A stretch of 45,297 nt of DNA, counting the filler, from Catajapyx aquilonaris (taxonomy: Eukaryota): the NCBI GenBank assembly GCA_000934665.2. It is 2 parts of 2 records of this genome, joined end to end, with 100 filler letters (N's around TTAATTAATTAA, not from the genome) between each part and the next. Parts side by side here need not be neighbours in the genome. Positions count along the whole stretch, not along the records: positions 1 to 22,623 come from KZ539424.1; positions 22,724 to 45,297 come from KZ539425.1. One strand, given 5' to 3'. Positions 13,301 through 24,845 of this stretch are shown piece by piece. Every line of letters begins with the position of its first letter. The stretch's first letter is position 1. Both the position numbers and the translations under genes were made by a program. The notes under the pieces are model-generated. The model was not told where the DNA came from. It saw only the letters and a program-made list of their open reading frames with translations, and searched no databases.

Positions 13301-16300
13301 GTCAACCTCTCATAAGCTTGAGCAAGCTTCTCGGACTTACTGCACTGGCTATAACTGAAGGCCACACTGGCCAGTTCTGGGTATTCATTGATGTCCAAAA
13401 AAGACATAGCGAAGCTATACATCTTGTGGTCTCTGTCAAGAAATGTATGGTATAAACTCACATGGAGGCATTAACTAGGAAGCTTATTTATAAAAAGGTC
13501 TGAAGCTTTTATTTAAACTAAATGTAACACCTGTAATGTAGTTCTTAGCATTAGCTGCACTGCTGTAACATATGCTATAACATAATTATGCTGACCATTA
13601 GTGAAAAAAAGTATTATAGTGCATACAAATATTGCTGAAGAAAATTCACACACATACACCACTGACTTTACCTTACTGACTTAGTCATGGAAGATTATAG
13701 AGGATACCCCCAACTTCATAAACATATCCTATCCAAAAAAACTCAATTTGCACACTTACTTGAAAAACTCTGGTGAAAAGACAACATCCACTAGTAACTC
13801 CCTAATTAAGGATTCATTTCCTTCAGCGATGTGACTTAAAAGCATTAAGGAGATTCTGTGGTATAACGCTGGCCTTGAGGGAACCTGCCAAAAAAAGTTT
13901 AAGCAAGGCAAGATCATTACAATTCTTGAAACAAAGAAGAATTACAAAATTGAATGAGGCCAGATCTTTGCAATAATTATAATGTACCTTGAAACTGGCT
14001 ATTTTCAACACAAATACAAGGAAGTCGACTTCATATCGCAAGAACCAGTGGTTCAATGGGCTGCAAGAACTGTCCAAGAGATTTTTTAAGTAGCTCACTA
14101 GTGATGGATTTTCCAGTAATAGCTCTGACACCTAAAACAAAGCAAATCAGACACTTGCACACAAAATACCACTGCAAACTAACCTACCTCCTGTGCTACG
14201 TCTTTATTAATGCGGCCCATTGCATGTAATAAGTTAGCTAAACCTATTAAGTAATGGAATGGTGTCCCCTCTTTCACAATAGGAGTAAGTCTCTGATTCC
14301 ACATCACACTTCCCAATGATGGCAAATTAGAAGCATCTCGTTTTATTCCAGACTGGTGCCCATTCAGCAATATTGAGTACTTGCTGAAAAAATCAGAAGT
14401 TTAATATGGAGCCATGAACGCAAGTAATATAATATTGACCACAATATTTATCATCTGCAGGCAGTTATAAAATTAGGTTCACCACGTGAATACTCTACAA
14501 CTAATTGTACACTCTTTAAATCATCATAATCATGAATGATATCTTCATTGATCATACCTATTCTTTCCGAGCAATTCCTGGAATGTTGGGCTTGTTATGA
14601 GAGGCTTGATATAGCCGGTAAACAAATTCTTTAGCAGTCTCTGATTCTCTACCATTTTGCCAGCTGGATCATTTGCTTTTTCATCAAAGAAAGCTGCTAG
14701 GAAATTGAAGCCAGCGGCAGCCATATTCAAATACGAGTAGCCACCAATTCCAACTCGGGTCATTTCAACCGCCCACTTGGCTGTGCATCTCCCAACTTCA
14801 GGGCCCACTCCTGACTCTCGGCTCCACAGTTGTGGGCCTGATGACATGCTGACAACTTCTTCCAGAAGACCCAAAACAGCTGCACCCAGGTCATAACTAT
14901 AACAACCTTCTCCACTTTCCAAGATGCCCACTTTTTCAACCAAATGCATCAAAAACCTCATAATATTTGGATAAAATTCCCTGCAAAATAGATACTAATT
15001 AAAATATATTCAATGTTTAAAAATAAATACCTGACTTACACATAGTACGTGTAAGTAAGTCCTTGAGCCAGAAAGGTGCGCCAAGTGTAGTAACTTTCAA
15101 GACTAAGCAAAACAGACTCTTGCTTTGGCAGACTATATTGACCTGGATCAATACATGCATATGAAAGAATAGCATCCATCACATGATGTTTATGGATAAA
15201 CTCTGATGCCATGCTAGGCCCATGAGCAGACAGAACACGGACCAGTTTGAGTGCCAAACGGAGTGGGACACCATACACTGACGTCATCTCGGATGGATTT
15301 TCTGAAACTGGCCCGAAAGAGTATGTCAAAATCCTAAGGCACACCAAAGGCTTCCTTTATCATTTGGAAGCAGAATGACAAGCCTAGCTACTGCAAAAGG
15401 GAGTTAACGAATGAATGCTGTTGCCATTGAGTGGAGCAAAATTATTCATGTGCTTATTCCCATGACAATATATTAATGAATAAGTCTTTGGTAAAGCATG
15501 GGTCATTACATATCCTGTTCAAGATTTTGGTGAGTAATTCTTTGCATGCACAGTCAAAGGTCGAGGTGACCTGCAGAAGGGATAAAATTATCACGAAGCA
15601 CAAAATAATGATCCTATATCACTGGTGCAGAGAACAAAACTATAGTGTCATGTATATTTTTCACTCAGCAGCCTGAATTCCTGCCATCAGGGAAAGCAGT
15701 AGTTCCAAACCCTCCACAAAATGACATCCTGCTTCTAACAAAGAAAGACAGAACCCCAGACTCACGAAGCGGGGTCCAATCATGGGGAAGGAAATTGTCC
15801 ACTACTGTAGTAATGAGCCTTGGGCACTGAAACACAGCTCTAGCTGAGTTCTGTGAGTGCCTGCATATCCTAATAAGCGTCCCTAGTATGCTCAGGACAG
15901 CTTTAGGTGGTGGCCTCATCACCTCCAAAATGTACCTAGAAAATTACATCAGTATTAGTAGTCAAATCAGTTGGCCTATGTGTAGTATGTAACACAGACA
16001 GGAAGCCAAGATGGGAATGGATATTGAATTTTACTACCCCTAGATGTTCCCAAATGGCCTACTCAAAAGGAATGGTATTTTCTTCCAAACATAACATTAC
16101 TGGAAACAACAACAACAACAACAAAGCACTTAGAACTTTCTTAACCCTGTAGCGGGCATTGTTGCCTGAGGGCAACAATTAATTTGCGCAGGCGCCATAA
16201 GCTTCAACATTGGTCCTGGAAACCACAGTGTGGCTTGATGTCACAGTTAGTTTGTTAGCTTCGGCTAGATGACATGCAATGTCGACAATGATACGATCGT

Positions 16301-19300
16301 GATACGGTATGAAGCGGAGAGAAGCCAAGGTCGTTGAAAATGGCGCGAAATTTGAATTTGCTGAAGCAGCAATGGGGAACTAGCCTTGGTCTGGGATTTG
16401 GGATTTTTTTTCATAACTAGCTAGCCCATGCCTGTAAACATACATTCCATCACTCTGTTGCATCAAAATGACATTACTGGATAAATTACGGCACATTTAA
16501 AAGTGCCTTCAAAATTGGCGGGAAAAACGCCGCTGCCAATCGAAAGGGTACACTGAAACGCCTGGTTGACTGCGAGATATGAGGAATTTGACTTTGAATT
16601 AACCGTGGACACGACGGGAAGCATTCGCAAGGCGGCTGTAGGCCATCGAGGTGGAGAAAAGGGGGCCTTCATGTGCCGAATTCGGGTGACAGATGATTAC
16701 TGCCAGTTGGCACCACTGCCAGCCCCTTAGCTGATTGAGCGGCGTGAAGTAAAAACGCGCCCCGGCCGCTATCTTGCTCACGGAATGGGACGGTTGCTAA
16801 CCACAGCGAAGCATTTTACAACAATGACGGGGCGCGTTCTATAACACCATTTTTGCGTTCATTTCACTTCGCGTGACGTCAACATTTTCTAGGGAAACAG
16901 TGACGTCACCATTTCCCTACATAAAAACCCCAATTACTCCGGAACGGGAACTGATATCTTAAAACGGAATATGCCAAAAAAATCCAAAAAATATGGGCGA
17001 ATTTATTATGTAGTTTCCAAAATGAAGGCTAGTTCCCCATTATTGTTTCTGGTGCTGATTAGATATAGGTGCAGATATTAAATATCCAATTGCATGTGTA
17101 ACACTGCAAGAGTAGCTCTCTCGTCGACATTTGAGGCCATTCTAATTTTGCCAGCACAATTTCATCACAATTTTTTGGCGGCGCAGGCACAATATTGCTT
17201 GAGGTTTGAGTCCGAAGTCATTTTACTATTTTTATTCAAAAACAAAAACATGTACAGATATGACCATTACTACGTTTTTAAGGCCCGGCAATTACAATTT
17301 GGGCTGGAATATAGATGGCACCGAGATCTCAAGGGGAGCCGGTAAAGGAAAGGGGATCGTGACCCCCCCACCCCGAGCTGCATGAGACGGTGGAAGGGTG
17401 GGGGTTATGATCGCCTTTAGTTTCCTAGTCCCCTTTGCGATATGGATGCCATCTATTTATCAGATGAAATTGTAATCACCGGACCTTCAAAACTTAGCAA
17501 AGGTCATCTCTGTATGTGTTACCATTTTTGAATAAAAAAATACTCGCCATTACTTTTGACTCACCCGGTGTAACTTCAAAGTCATTGGGTCAGAGATGAC
17601 CAAAACATAATAAAAACCATCCTTACGTCGCATATGATGAGAAAAAGGCGTTAGAATAATTTTCTTCCCACAATCCTAAATGTGTGCAGTACAGGGTTAA
17701 TATTGGCCTAAATGCTTCCAAAATAAAACTATTTCTTAAGTTCTTACAAGCCAGTCATGTGAAATTTAATTCTTCCCAGAATAGGTGGGCCATGTGGTCT
17801 GGTCCAGCCTAATGAACTACATCTCAATGTGGCTCCATCCTTGGATGGGAGAAAGCCCCAGTCCCATTAGGCTGAAGGATTAAAGCTGCCTGTCACTAAA
17901 ACCTACTCACTTCATCCTCATCTTTCCTCATTAAGCTATATCTTTTGCAAGGAAACCAAGAAACAGACCAAGATCAGATTGCCATCCTGGCAGAAGGCAT
18001 TGAATAAGAGTGTCTCAGTGACATAAGGGCCATTCACACGTGCCACAAAATCTTGATCTTCAATCACGATTCTCTGAGGCAAAATCAGGATTGTTTGGTG
18101 ACTGTTCCCATGAGTCACATACTTTTCGTGATTTTCGGTAGATGGCTCCGGAACCACGTCCTCCCGCTAGCAAACAAATGGCTCTCGCTTCGGCTCACAG
18201 CCAAAGGCATTGATGACTCTATGATAGGCCTGGATCTAATAGCATGGAGGCATGTTATCTACGTTATTGGACAGGTCCTGGCTGCCCACAGAGCGAGGTA
18301 GCAGTAGGGTACAAGCAGAGGGCCTCCATGTTGCTCGGCTAAGAACCGATCTGGAGGCCGAGTGACGTCAGGATCACGACTGGAAACCTAGCAATCAGCT
18401 TCTACAAACTGATTCCCAGAGTCACCTTAGTAATCGCAATCGTGTGGAGGAAGGGCATGTGTCAACAGTCCAACCACGATTTTCGGGGGAAGAATCATGA
18501 TCCATGTGGCACGTGTGAATGGCCCTATAGACATTCTTGCCAGGCTGAATTGTTTGATCTGTACTTTGGAAGGATTACTTTATCCATCAACAAGACCCAA
18601 AACATTTTTTAGCCTTTTTGTAAATCAGCAAGAGTCACCCATTAAGCATGTAACAAGGTTCATACCTAAAACGTGGAAGAGTATCAATCCGGATCAAGGC
18701 TTGTATCACATCGAAGGCAACAATTTCATGATCTTTTAGTTCAGTGGCCTCAGTCCCGTCACTTGAAAATTTAGTTGGTGTTGGTAACAAAGGTTGTTGG
18801 TAACCTTTATACCATGAAAATGTCCTATCTAAACAAATTTCATCAACATCAGAGCATACTAGATGATACAAGGCATCTACAGTAGGGATCACCACTGATT
18901 CAGCCTTTTCATCCAAGGCAAATCTCAGCAAGATCAATATTCCAGCATCCAAACATTGCTGGAGAAGGGGAGCCTCCAGGACATCATCAAAGTAACCTTC
19001 TCTTGTCTGAAAGCAATAGCAAATATTACACAGTGGATTTGCAATGTTACTAGTTTAAGGGCCGGTTGCACAGATGCAAGTTATGGAGGAACTCGATAGT
19101 TACATATTGCAAATATCTATTATAATAATGAGAATTTTCCCTAATTTGCTTGCATACAACTGGCCCTTAGTCACAATAAAGGCATGTGCTTGATACAGCA
19201 AGGGGTATATACATTTTTTAAGACAGCCGCTAGTGTCCTTAATCCCAGTGCCCTTTGCTGCAAGTTGTTTGCACGTGAGAGTTGAAATAATTCATCCAGG

Positions 19301-21690
19301 GTATACCCAGCCCTTCCAGGTTCTTCTCCATGGTGGTGCAGTGCTTCTTCAGTTGGGATATCAGCATCATAAGAAATCAATTTGCCTGCAAGGAGATGCA
19401 TCCTTCTGTAACTCAAATGGTGTCAAGTATTAATGTACCCCCGCGAGCATAAAGATGGAGACGGCAGGCCCTTTTTTGACCTTTCTCTATCCGACTCAAA
19501 TTCATGAACTCTTTTTGGACCGAGTTAGCTGCTTCAGGCGTGTGTTCGTGTATTTATGACAGTATATTTGATACCGTAATAGCTGAGATTGGCAGAGCAG
19601 CCTGCCGAAGGTGAGGGTTTGCCGTCTCCATCTTTATGCTCGCGGGTGTACACCTTGCACCCCTCCCCCCTTATTTTGCAATTGGGTCTTAAGATTGCAA
19701 TGCAATCAATTGTGGTAGGAAAAAGGAGAATCCAGAGAAAACCCAATGCAAGCACATGGCAAACCCATTGAAATGATTTCCATAAGAAATAACTGTCCAG
19801 CACAGGGTTAAAACTCAGACTTCAGAAGTAGAAGAATGTGGGGCTAACCACCACACCATTGTGCTTCCCATGTACTTTGAACAAATACGAAGCCAAGTTT
19901 AGTTACTCATATTTAAAAAGTGCCTGCTGGAGCACTAAATGCCTGCAGTATCTCTGGAGTGCTTTGCATCACCACCAGAATGCATCACTGATCAGAGCAC
20001 CTGGAACACTGCAGTGCTTCACACAAATCCGATTCTGTCAGCAGTTGAATTAGAGTTCCCTTTTGGATAGTCCATGAAAGTATCTGTTCAGGAGTAACTG
20101 CTTAATAAGTAAATCCGTGCCAAAAAATCAATAACCACTTCAGATATGTCAAGTGGCACACATGTCACAGGACTTGCATGACCAAGTATGAAAGCCATGC
20201 CCCCTTCAAGACAAAAGAGAAATATAAGAGTAACAGTGGATGGCGAGACTAAAATCAGGGAGGATAAAAGTAACCCCTAATACCCACTATCCTAAAGAGG
20301 GTGAAGTCCAGATAAGGACGAAGGACGTTGGCACTGGAAATATTTATAGCAGGTAAGGGAAAAAATCGAAGTTTGAGGCTTTTTTCATTAGATAAAAGTT
20401 TTTCTTCTTGGCAATTTCTCTCCATTCACTCACTGTTTACCATGTAAAGAGACAAAATACTGAAATGCTACATGCCAAAAACTGATAAGGTCTATTCCAC
20501 AATACCTTGAAAATCAAATCTTGCTGGGTATCCTGTGTCTGAATTCAGAGCTTTTGGTATGGGCAAATTGGTGGTCCATTTCAGCTTGTCCATCTCTACT
20601 ACATCCATGTGAACCCACTTTTTAGCTTCTGACAAAGGAATTGGAAGTTCCTCTTCTACTACTTCATCTTCCTGTATTTGGTGCAGGTCCTCTTGAACAG
20701 GATCTTCCCAGGAGACTTTCTTAGTCTTGCTCTCTGTTGCATCCAAGGTTTTCATGGGATTATCCTGCTTTCTCTTCCTCCCAATAAACTCAATGAGCTT
20801 GGGATCCAGCCCTACCAGCAGCTCCTGCTGCTCATGAAGAATCTGTTCCTTCCCCATTTCTGCCATCTTTTGCATGCTCTCTTGATGAATCCTTTGTGCC
20901 TCGATTTTGCTTTGCAGGCCACTACCTTCTACTATCACACTACAATCACCTATAGGAAATAGTCATGGTAAACATGTGAGAGTGGGCAGATTCTTCCAGT
21001 GAACTGGGCCACTATGTGGGCAATTAGGATGCCCAGTCAAGGTTTGTAATGACCCCTCCCTATTAATTTGAGCTACTAGCCAGCCCTACTAACGTACTGC
21101 CCACTGACGCCCTCACCCACAACCCCTTTCAATCCACACTATAGACACTTATGTTCTACAACACTGAAAATGCTAAAGAGAACAAGATGAGATCTTCCTA
21201 TTTGGATACAATCACAGCCATCAGCAAAAAAGCATCCAACATGGCTGCAGAATGTGACGAGACACAAACACACAGATATGCAATGCCCTTATGTTTGTCA
21301 CTCAGAGTCATGACATCACTCACAGTCAAGTGACCCCCTAGCCAGTTTCAAACTTTGTAAATTCATATCTTCAGTCTAGAGCATCACAAATATTTTGGAT
21401 GTTCATCAGCATGCTTTGTGAAGGTGATGTGATGTTTTAAAAGTACAATTTTAAGTTTAAATTTTGGGGAAATGGCCCTTTAAACATTTTGCACAAAAGA
21501 ATTAATGAATGAAATGTGTTTTGAGAGTATGACATGTAAAAGAAAACTTACCCAAAATAGTCTGAAGTTCTGACATCTTTGATGTGTCTACTGTATCGAC
21601 ATCCATGCCCTCATCACTGCAAGTCATTCCTGTTTTCTTCTTTGCTTCCATTTGCTGTGCAAAAATGCTTTTCCTCAGGCTTCCAGACAC
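4473..21690 (-). CDS. RPAP1: RNA polymerase II-associated protein 1, multi-exon, 5' exon(s) missing. Exons: 21690-21552, 20949-20506, 19385-19213, 19006-18666, 15935-15766, 15307-15040, 14980-14558, 14383-14188, 14131-13988, 13884-13760, 13432-13157, 10790-10509, 6867-6702, 6644-6560, 6492-6359, 4505-4473
   Basis: Manually spliced through GT-AG introns with consistent phases into about 1132 open codons. RPAP1 hallmark motifs: IHQESMQKMAEMGKEQILHEQQELLVGLDPKLIEF, ARFDFQG, LHHHGEEPGRAGYTLDELFQLSR...QQRALGL, LPRFRYILEV, LPVDWPFWPI, DQFGGVSYGD, CPLMYKIATHHV. The last short exon (ELKNLRGALL*) is less certain. No start codon found before the gaps. Confidence 0.93.
4968..5390 (+). mobile_element. 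Full-length tRNA-derived SINE with (AAG)n(AAT)n tail
   Basis: Head GGGGAGGTGCGGTGGCCGAGACGG (A box)...GGTTTGATCCC (B box); core shared with the 1826 copy; microsatellite tail 5303-5392; imperfect TSD AATA(T/A)TGTCA. Confidence 0.85.
5450..6027. mobile_element. Foldback (near-perfect 578-bp palindrome) Tc1/mariner-type MITE
   Basis: TA|CAGGGTGGTCGGTAAATGGCGG... mirrored by ...CCGCCATTTACCGACCACCC; arms match almost to the centre near 5740. Confidence 0.9.
6027..6235. mobile_element. Tc1/mariner-type MITE fused to the right end of the foldback element
   Basis: CAGGGTGTTTCAACTTTTTTGTCCGAA...TTCGGACAAAAAAGTTGAAACCCTCTG|TA; related terminus at 45143. Confidence 0.85.
7285..7742 (-). mobile_element. 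tRNA-derived SINE with (ATT)n tail, nested in the Ginger element
   Basis: Minus-strand head GGAGGCGGAGTGGTGCTGCGGTAACGC...GGTTCAATCCC (A and B boxes); tail read as (AAT)n on + at 7285-7408; 12-bp TSD TGATTCTTTTAT at 7273-7284 and 7743-7754. Confidence 0.88.
7915..9958 (+). pseudogene. Disrupted DDE integrase/transposase (H2C2 zinc finger + rve core + C-terminal Cys-rich CXC-like domain)
   Basis: HRTHLDIGHGG...CISC; QIDLIDM (D), LQSDNG (D), SVERAN (E); C-terminal KKCNCQTK..TKKCACRATGQLCNSKCHSSLSCSNK*. Stop at 8530-8532, frameshift near 8880-8905, internal tandem duplication around 8925-9107, MITE insertion at 9443. Confidence 0.9.
9443..9729. mobile_element. Tc1/mariner-type MITE nested in the Ginger ORF
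   Basis: About 95-bp TIRs CAGGGTGTAAATC.../...GATTTACATCCTG with TA TSD; removing it restores the integrase frame. Confidence 0.88.
10854..11105. mobile_element. Palindromic MITE with 4-bp TSD ACAT
   Basis: CAAGGGTGATAGGTCA...TGACCTATCACCCTCG with arms over 110 bp; ACAT at 10850-10853 and 11106-11109. Confidence 0.85.
11489..12172. mobile_element. Diverged long-TIR MITE
   Basis: TAGGGAAAAATTA.TGTAATT... / ...AATTACATTAATTTTTCCCTA with about 250-bp imperfect inverted arms; TSD not recognisable. Confidence 0.75.
12219..12530. mobile_element. PIF/Harbinger-type MITE, TAA TSD
   Basis: TAA|GGGGTCGTCCATAAACCACGTGACC...GGTCACGTGGTATATGGACGACCCC|TAA; a related terminus GGGGGCGTCCAC occurs near 21910. 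Confidence 0.85.
16145..17696. mobile_element. piggyBac-like non-autonomous element with nested insertions
   Basis: TTAA|CCCTGTA...TACAGGG|TTAA; no transposase ORF. Confidence 0.7.
16371..17041. mobile_element. MITE nested in the piggyBac-like element
   Basis: TIR AATGGGGAACTAGCCTT / AAGGCTAGTTCCCCATT. Confidence 0.7.
18027..18525. mobile_element. PIF/Harbinger-type MITE
   Basis: TAA|GGGCCATTCACACGTGCCACA...TGTGGCACGTGTGAATGGCCC|TAT. Confidence 0.8.
19438..19648. mobile_element. MITE, TA TSD
   Basis: TA|CCCCCGCGAGCATAAAGATGGAGACGGCA...TGCCGTCTCCATCTTTATGCTCGCGGGTG|TA. Confidence 0.85.
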
Positions 21691-22189
21691 CTGTGGTGAG
21701 ACCTATCATGAGTCAAAAAATTGTCAACATTAGTTCAATTAATTACCTATATACAACCACAACTTTTACCACTCTATACAGCAAAATGGAATGAAGGGGG
21801 GGNNNNNNNNNNNNNNNNNNNNNNNNNNNNNNNNNNNNNNNNNNNNNNNNNNNNNNGACATTATGTTGCCTGGACTCATCCTTTTTAAGGACCACATCAA
21901 ATTACCTTAGGGGGCGTCCACATATTACGTAACGGTATTTTTGGCCATTTTTGACCCCCTCTGTAACAGATCTCCTGAACCCCCCCCCCGTTACGTAGCG
22001 CCCGCTATTTTTAAAATTTCGTGCTTCAGAATGAGCCCCACATGTTTCATGTTTATAAAACCAAGGCAATAATTTTAAGAATATGTTTACTGTAAAACTA
22101 CTGTACTTGTGAAAGAAAAGAACACTTTTGTACCGATACTAAAATTTAATATAGACAGAAATGGTGTGTATTTCAGCAGATTTGTTTAA

Positions 22190-22428
22190 AAAGGGGAAGC
22201 CGAGGCAACTCAGGCTATGAGGCTCTTAGGAGGGTGGGTGGAGGGCGAAAGAAAGGGGGAGGGGAAGATAGTTTTTGGAGTGTGGGAGGAAATTTATAAC
22301 GGGAGAACCCCGATATAAAACCCACACAAGCGCGGAGAGAACTCCATCGAAACTCAACCCATATGGGAAATCCTTGGCCCAATCCGGGGATCAAACCTGG
22401 GACCCCAGAGGTGGGAGGAGGCGGACTT
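22190..22428 (-). mobile_element. SINE with B box and V-domain-like central motif
   Basis: Minus strand: GGTCCCAGGTTTGATCCCCGG, then GTGTGGGTTTTATATCGGGGTTCTCCCG...TTTCCTCCCACACTCCAAAAAC, resembling the V-/Meta-SINE core. The 5' end is cut by a TA|CCGTATTTACGCG DNA-transposon terminus near 22436. Confidence 0.6.
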
Positions 22429-22623
22429 TATAATACCGTATTTACGCGCATATAAGACGCACCTTTTTTCTGATTTTTGTAGCTCAAAAAGTAGGGTGCA
22501 TCTTATACTCCAGGGCACAACAGGTGAAACCCGTGAGAAATCGTCCACACGCGTGCACAATTCCGGTGTGATCTTGCCACCTATACCTTTCAGATGCGTA
22601 GCATTGTCCCATTTTCCACTTGC

Positions 22624-22723
22624 NNNNNNNNNNNNNNNNNNNNNNNNNNNNNNNNNNNNNNNNNNNNTTAATTAATTAANNNNNNNNNNNNNNNNNNNNN
22701 NNNNNNNNNNNNNNNNNNNNNNN
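22624..22723. other. Artificial assembly linker
   Basis: Exactly 44 N + TTAATTAATTAA (stops in all six frames) + 44 N = 100 nt. Confidence 0.9.
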
Positions 22724-23139
22724 TCAACAATACCTCGGACATGAGCAATGGCCAACTGACATCAGGAGAAACTCCATTACAATTCTTTGATGATTAAACT
22801 TAAGGTCGACCTGGAAAAACAAAGTTAGTGGTTTAGGTTGAAGAATTTGAGAATGCCAGTAATTGACAACGACGTTGAACTTGGCCGTATTTCAGATCTC
22901 ACCACTTTTGACGGCCAAGCAGTCAGGAAAACTTGACCTTTTTTTACAGGAAGGTTTTTGGTGGGATCTCACCTCTTTTTGTAGGCAGGAGTGTAGGATA
23001 ATTATAAGAAAGCTCGGGGAGCCCCCTACGGTTGGGCGTGGAAGCAATGGTCCGTTAAATATTCCAAATAAGGTAATGAATAACTTAGAGCAAAATGTGT
23101 AGGTTATATACGAAAGTATGTAAAACGCTATCTTTTCCT

Positions 23140-23508
23140 CTGAATTGGACATCTGCTACACCTGATCGCTTAGCCCATTCGCGATCCTCAACCACTTCTG
23201 TGGATGCCTTATTAGCCCTTTTGAGTATGGATAAGTCTGGTCGGTAAATAGAATGATCTCAATCTATCGTACTCCAGAATAGTTTACTCTTGAGCCTTGA
23301 TGTCAGTAAAGGAGGCATTGATGAGATGCACTTTTAACTCTGGAAAGAGCCACGTAGGCTTGACCGCACGAGAAGACAGAGGAACCAATATCGATGAGTG
23401 CATTAGTGAGACTCAGGCCTTGGCTCCTGTGTATGGTAATGGCATACGCCACACAAATCGGGAATTGTTTCCCTGTACACATAGGCTCTATTGATGACCT
23501 CGAATCTT
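23140..23508 (-). pseudogene. Helitron/Helentron RepHel PIF1-helicase C-terminal relic
   Basis: Frameshifted translation RFEVINRAYVYR/KQFPICVAYAITIHRSQGLSLTNALIDIGSSVFSCGQAYVALSRVKS/HLIN...EYDRLR/YRPDL...DREWAK, i.e. PIF1/SF1B motifs V-VI. Confidence 0.85.
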
Positions 23509-23519
23509 ATTTGTATTTA

Positions 23520-24180
23520 AGGTATTTAGGTATTTGTTTTGTATTTGTATGAAATGCAATCGCAGCTTCAGTCAGATAGCTAGCGGTATGCAGGAGGGGG
23601 GGGGGGGGNTTAGGTATTTGTTTTGTATTTGTATGAAATGCAATCGCAGCTTCAGTCAGATAGCTAGCGGTATGCAGGAGGGGGGGGGGGGAAGGAGAGG
23701 GGTGAGGAGATGAGAAGAACGTGGAGAAGGCAGGAGGAGCACCAGCATAACTGGAATTTCAAAGTAAAAAAGTAATCCGTGGTAAAAATGCCGCATCTGG
23801 TAAGCAGCAGCAGACTTCGTGAAAATATTTTTTGGAGCATTTAGACTCAAAAAAGTGCCGTTTTCAGATTTATTCTGATGTTTGTTTGACAAGCTCTACC
23901 AGCATACCAAATTTCAGCACCCCAGGACCACTGGAAGTTCCCTTGAATTTTGATGATCTGTGAGTCAGTCAGTCAGTCAGTCAGTGTCACATTTTGGTCG
24001 TTTTGGGAGTTTTTAGGATTTTTTAAGTCGGAAATGAAAAGAGATATGAACATGGAAGTAAGGGGGTATTATTTTTAACCCATTTTTATCTACCCAAATA
24101 AAATTTTTGAAGCCACCTATGTTCACCAGTGCGATGATTCGAGGGGGTCAAAATGACGCGAGTTGTGTCGGGTAAAGGTG
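23520..24180. mobile_element. Probable Helentron-associated (DINE/HINE-like) non-coding segment
   Basis: Directly adjacent to the helicase relic; internal (CAGT)n microsatellite 23965-23986 following a CATACCAAATTTCAG block. Boundaries uncertain. Confidence 0.4.
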
Positions 24181-24774
24181 GTCCGGCAGTGCGGCGAGAA
24201 CTTGGCGGGGGAACTGCCCTGCCCCCTAATACCTGTCATGCCATTATGGCTGCGCTTAGCATGCAGTAGACCAAGAAGAAAAAAAAATCACCTGTGCCGA
24301 CATAGGTGAACAAGGAAATAAATGAAGACCACAATTCAATAACGCCCCAATTGTGAAAATTGAAAATGTCCAGGAACTGAAAAAAAAAACACTATTTATC
24401 TCTGTTTCTGTTCATGATAGGCAAATGTGCTCTAAACCGAATGACATATATCTACAACATTAATACCTGACAGCACTTTCATTGAAAAGTCCATGCAATT
24501 TATATTTTATTTAAATACTTTTAATGCTCACAATTGGGCCCTTCTTGCATTGTATCGTTCCTTTGGCTTAAATATGGAGAATAAACCGTCTCAGGATCAA
24601 ATGAATGAATGAATACCCTGTAACTTGTAATATCCAGAACCACTTATCTCCCATGAAATTCACAATTTCTTGGGTTTAGAAACAGGTGACCAAGTTCACC
24701 TCCGAGTCGCCTTCGAGTGGCCAAGTTCACATATCCAAGATTCTATGCTTCTGGTAAGGTTGTGTCCCTCCCCT

Positions 24775-24845
24775 ATTAGGGATTGAACCCGGAACCTTAA
24801 CATTCGTGGGAGCATATGTTTCCGCAGCGCCACTTTGTCTCCCCT
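24775..24845 (-). mobile_element. Degenerate tRNA-derived SINE head (family of 7285-7742)
   Basis: GGGATTGAACCCGGAACCTTAACATTCGTGGG...CCGCAGCGCCACT aligns with 7677-7735. Confidence 0.7.

Noticed and set aside
13760..14131. Apparent frameshift or stop in RPAP1 (ORF ending KSHR*)
   Set aside because: Resolved by a 103-nt GT-AG intron (13987-13885); the frame is intact.
23521..23690. About 85-bp direct duplication around a single N and G-runs
   Set aside because: Most likely a contig-overlap artefact.
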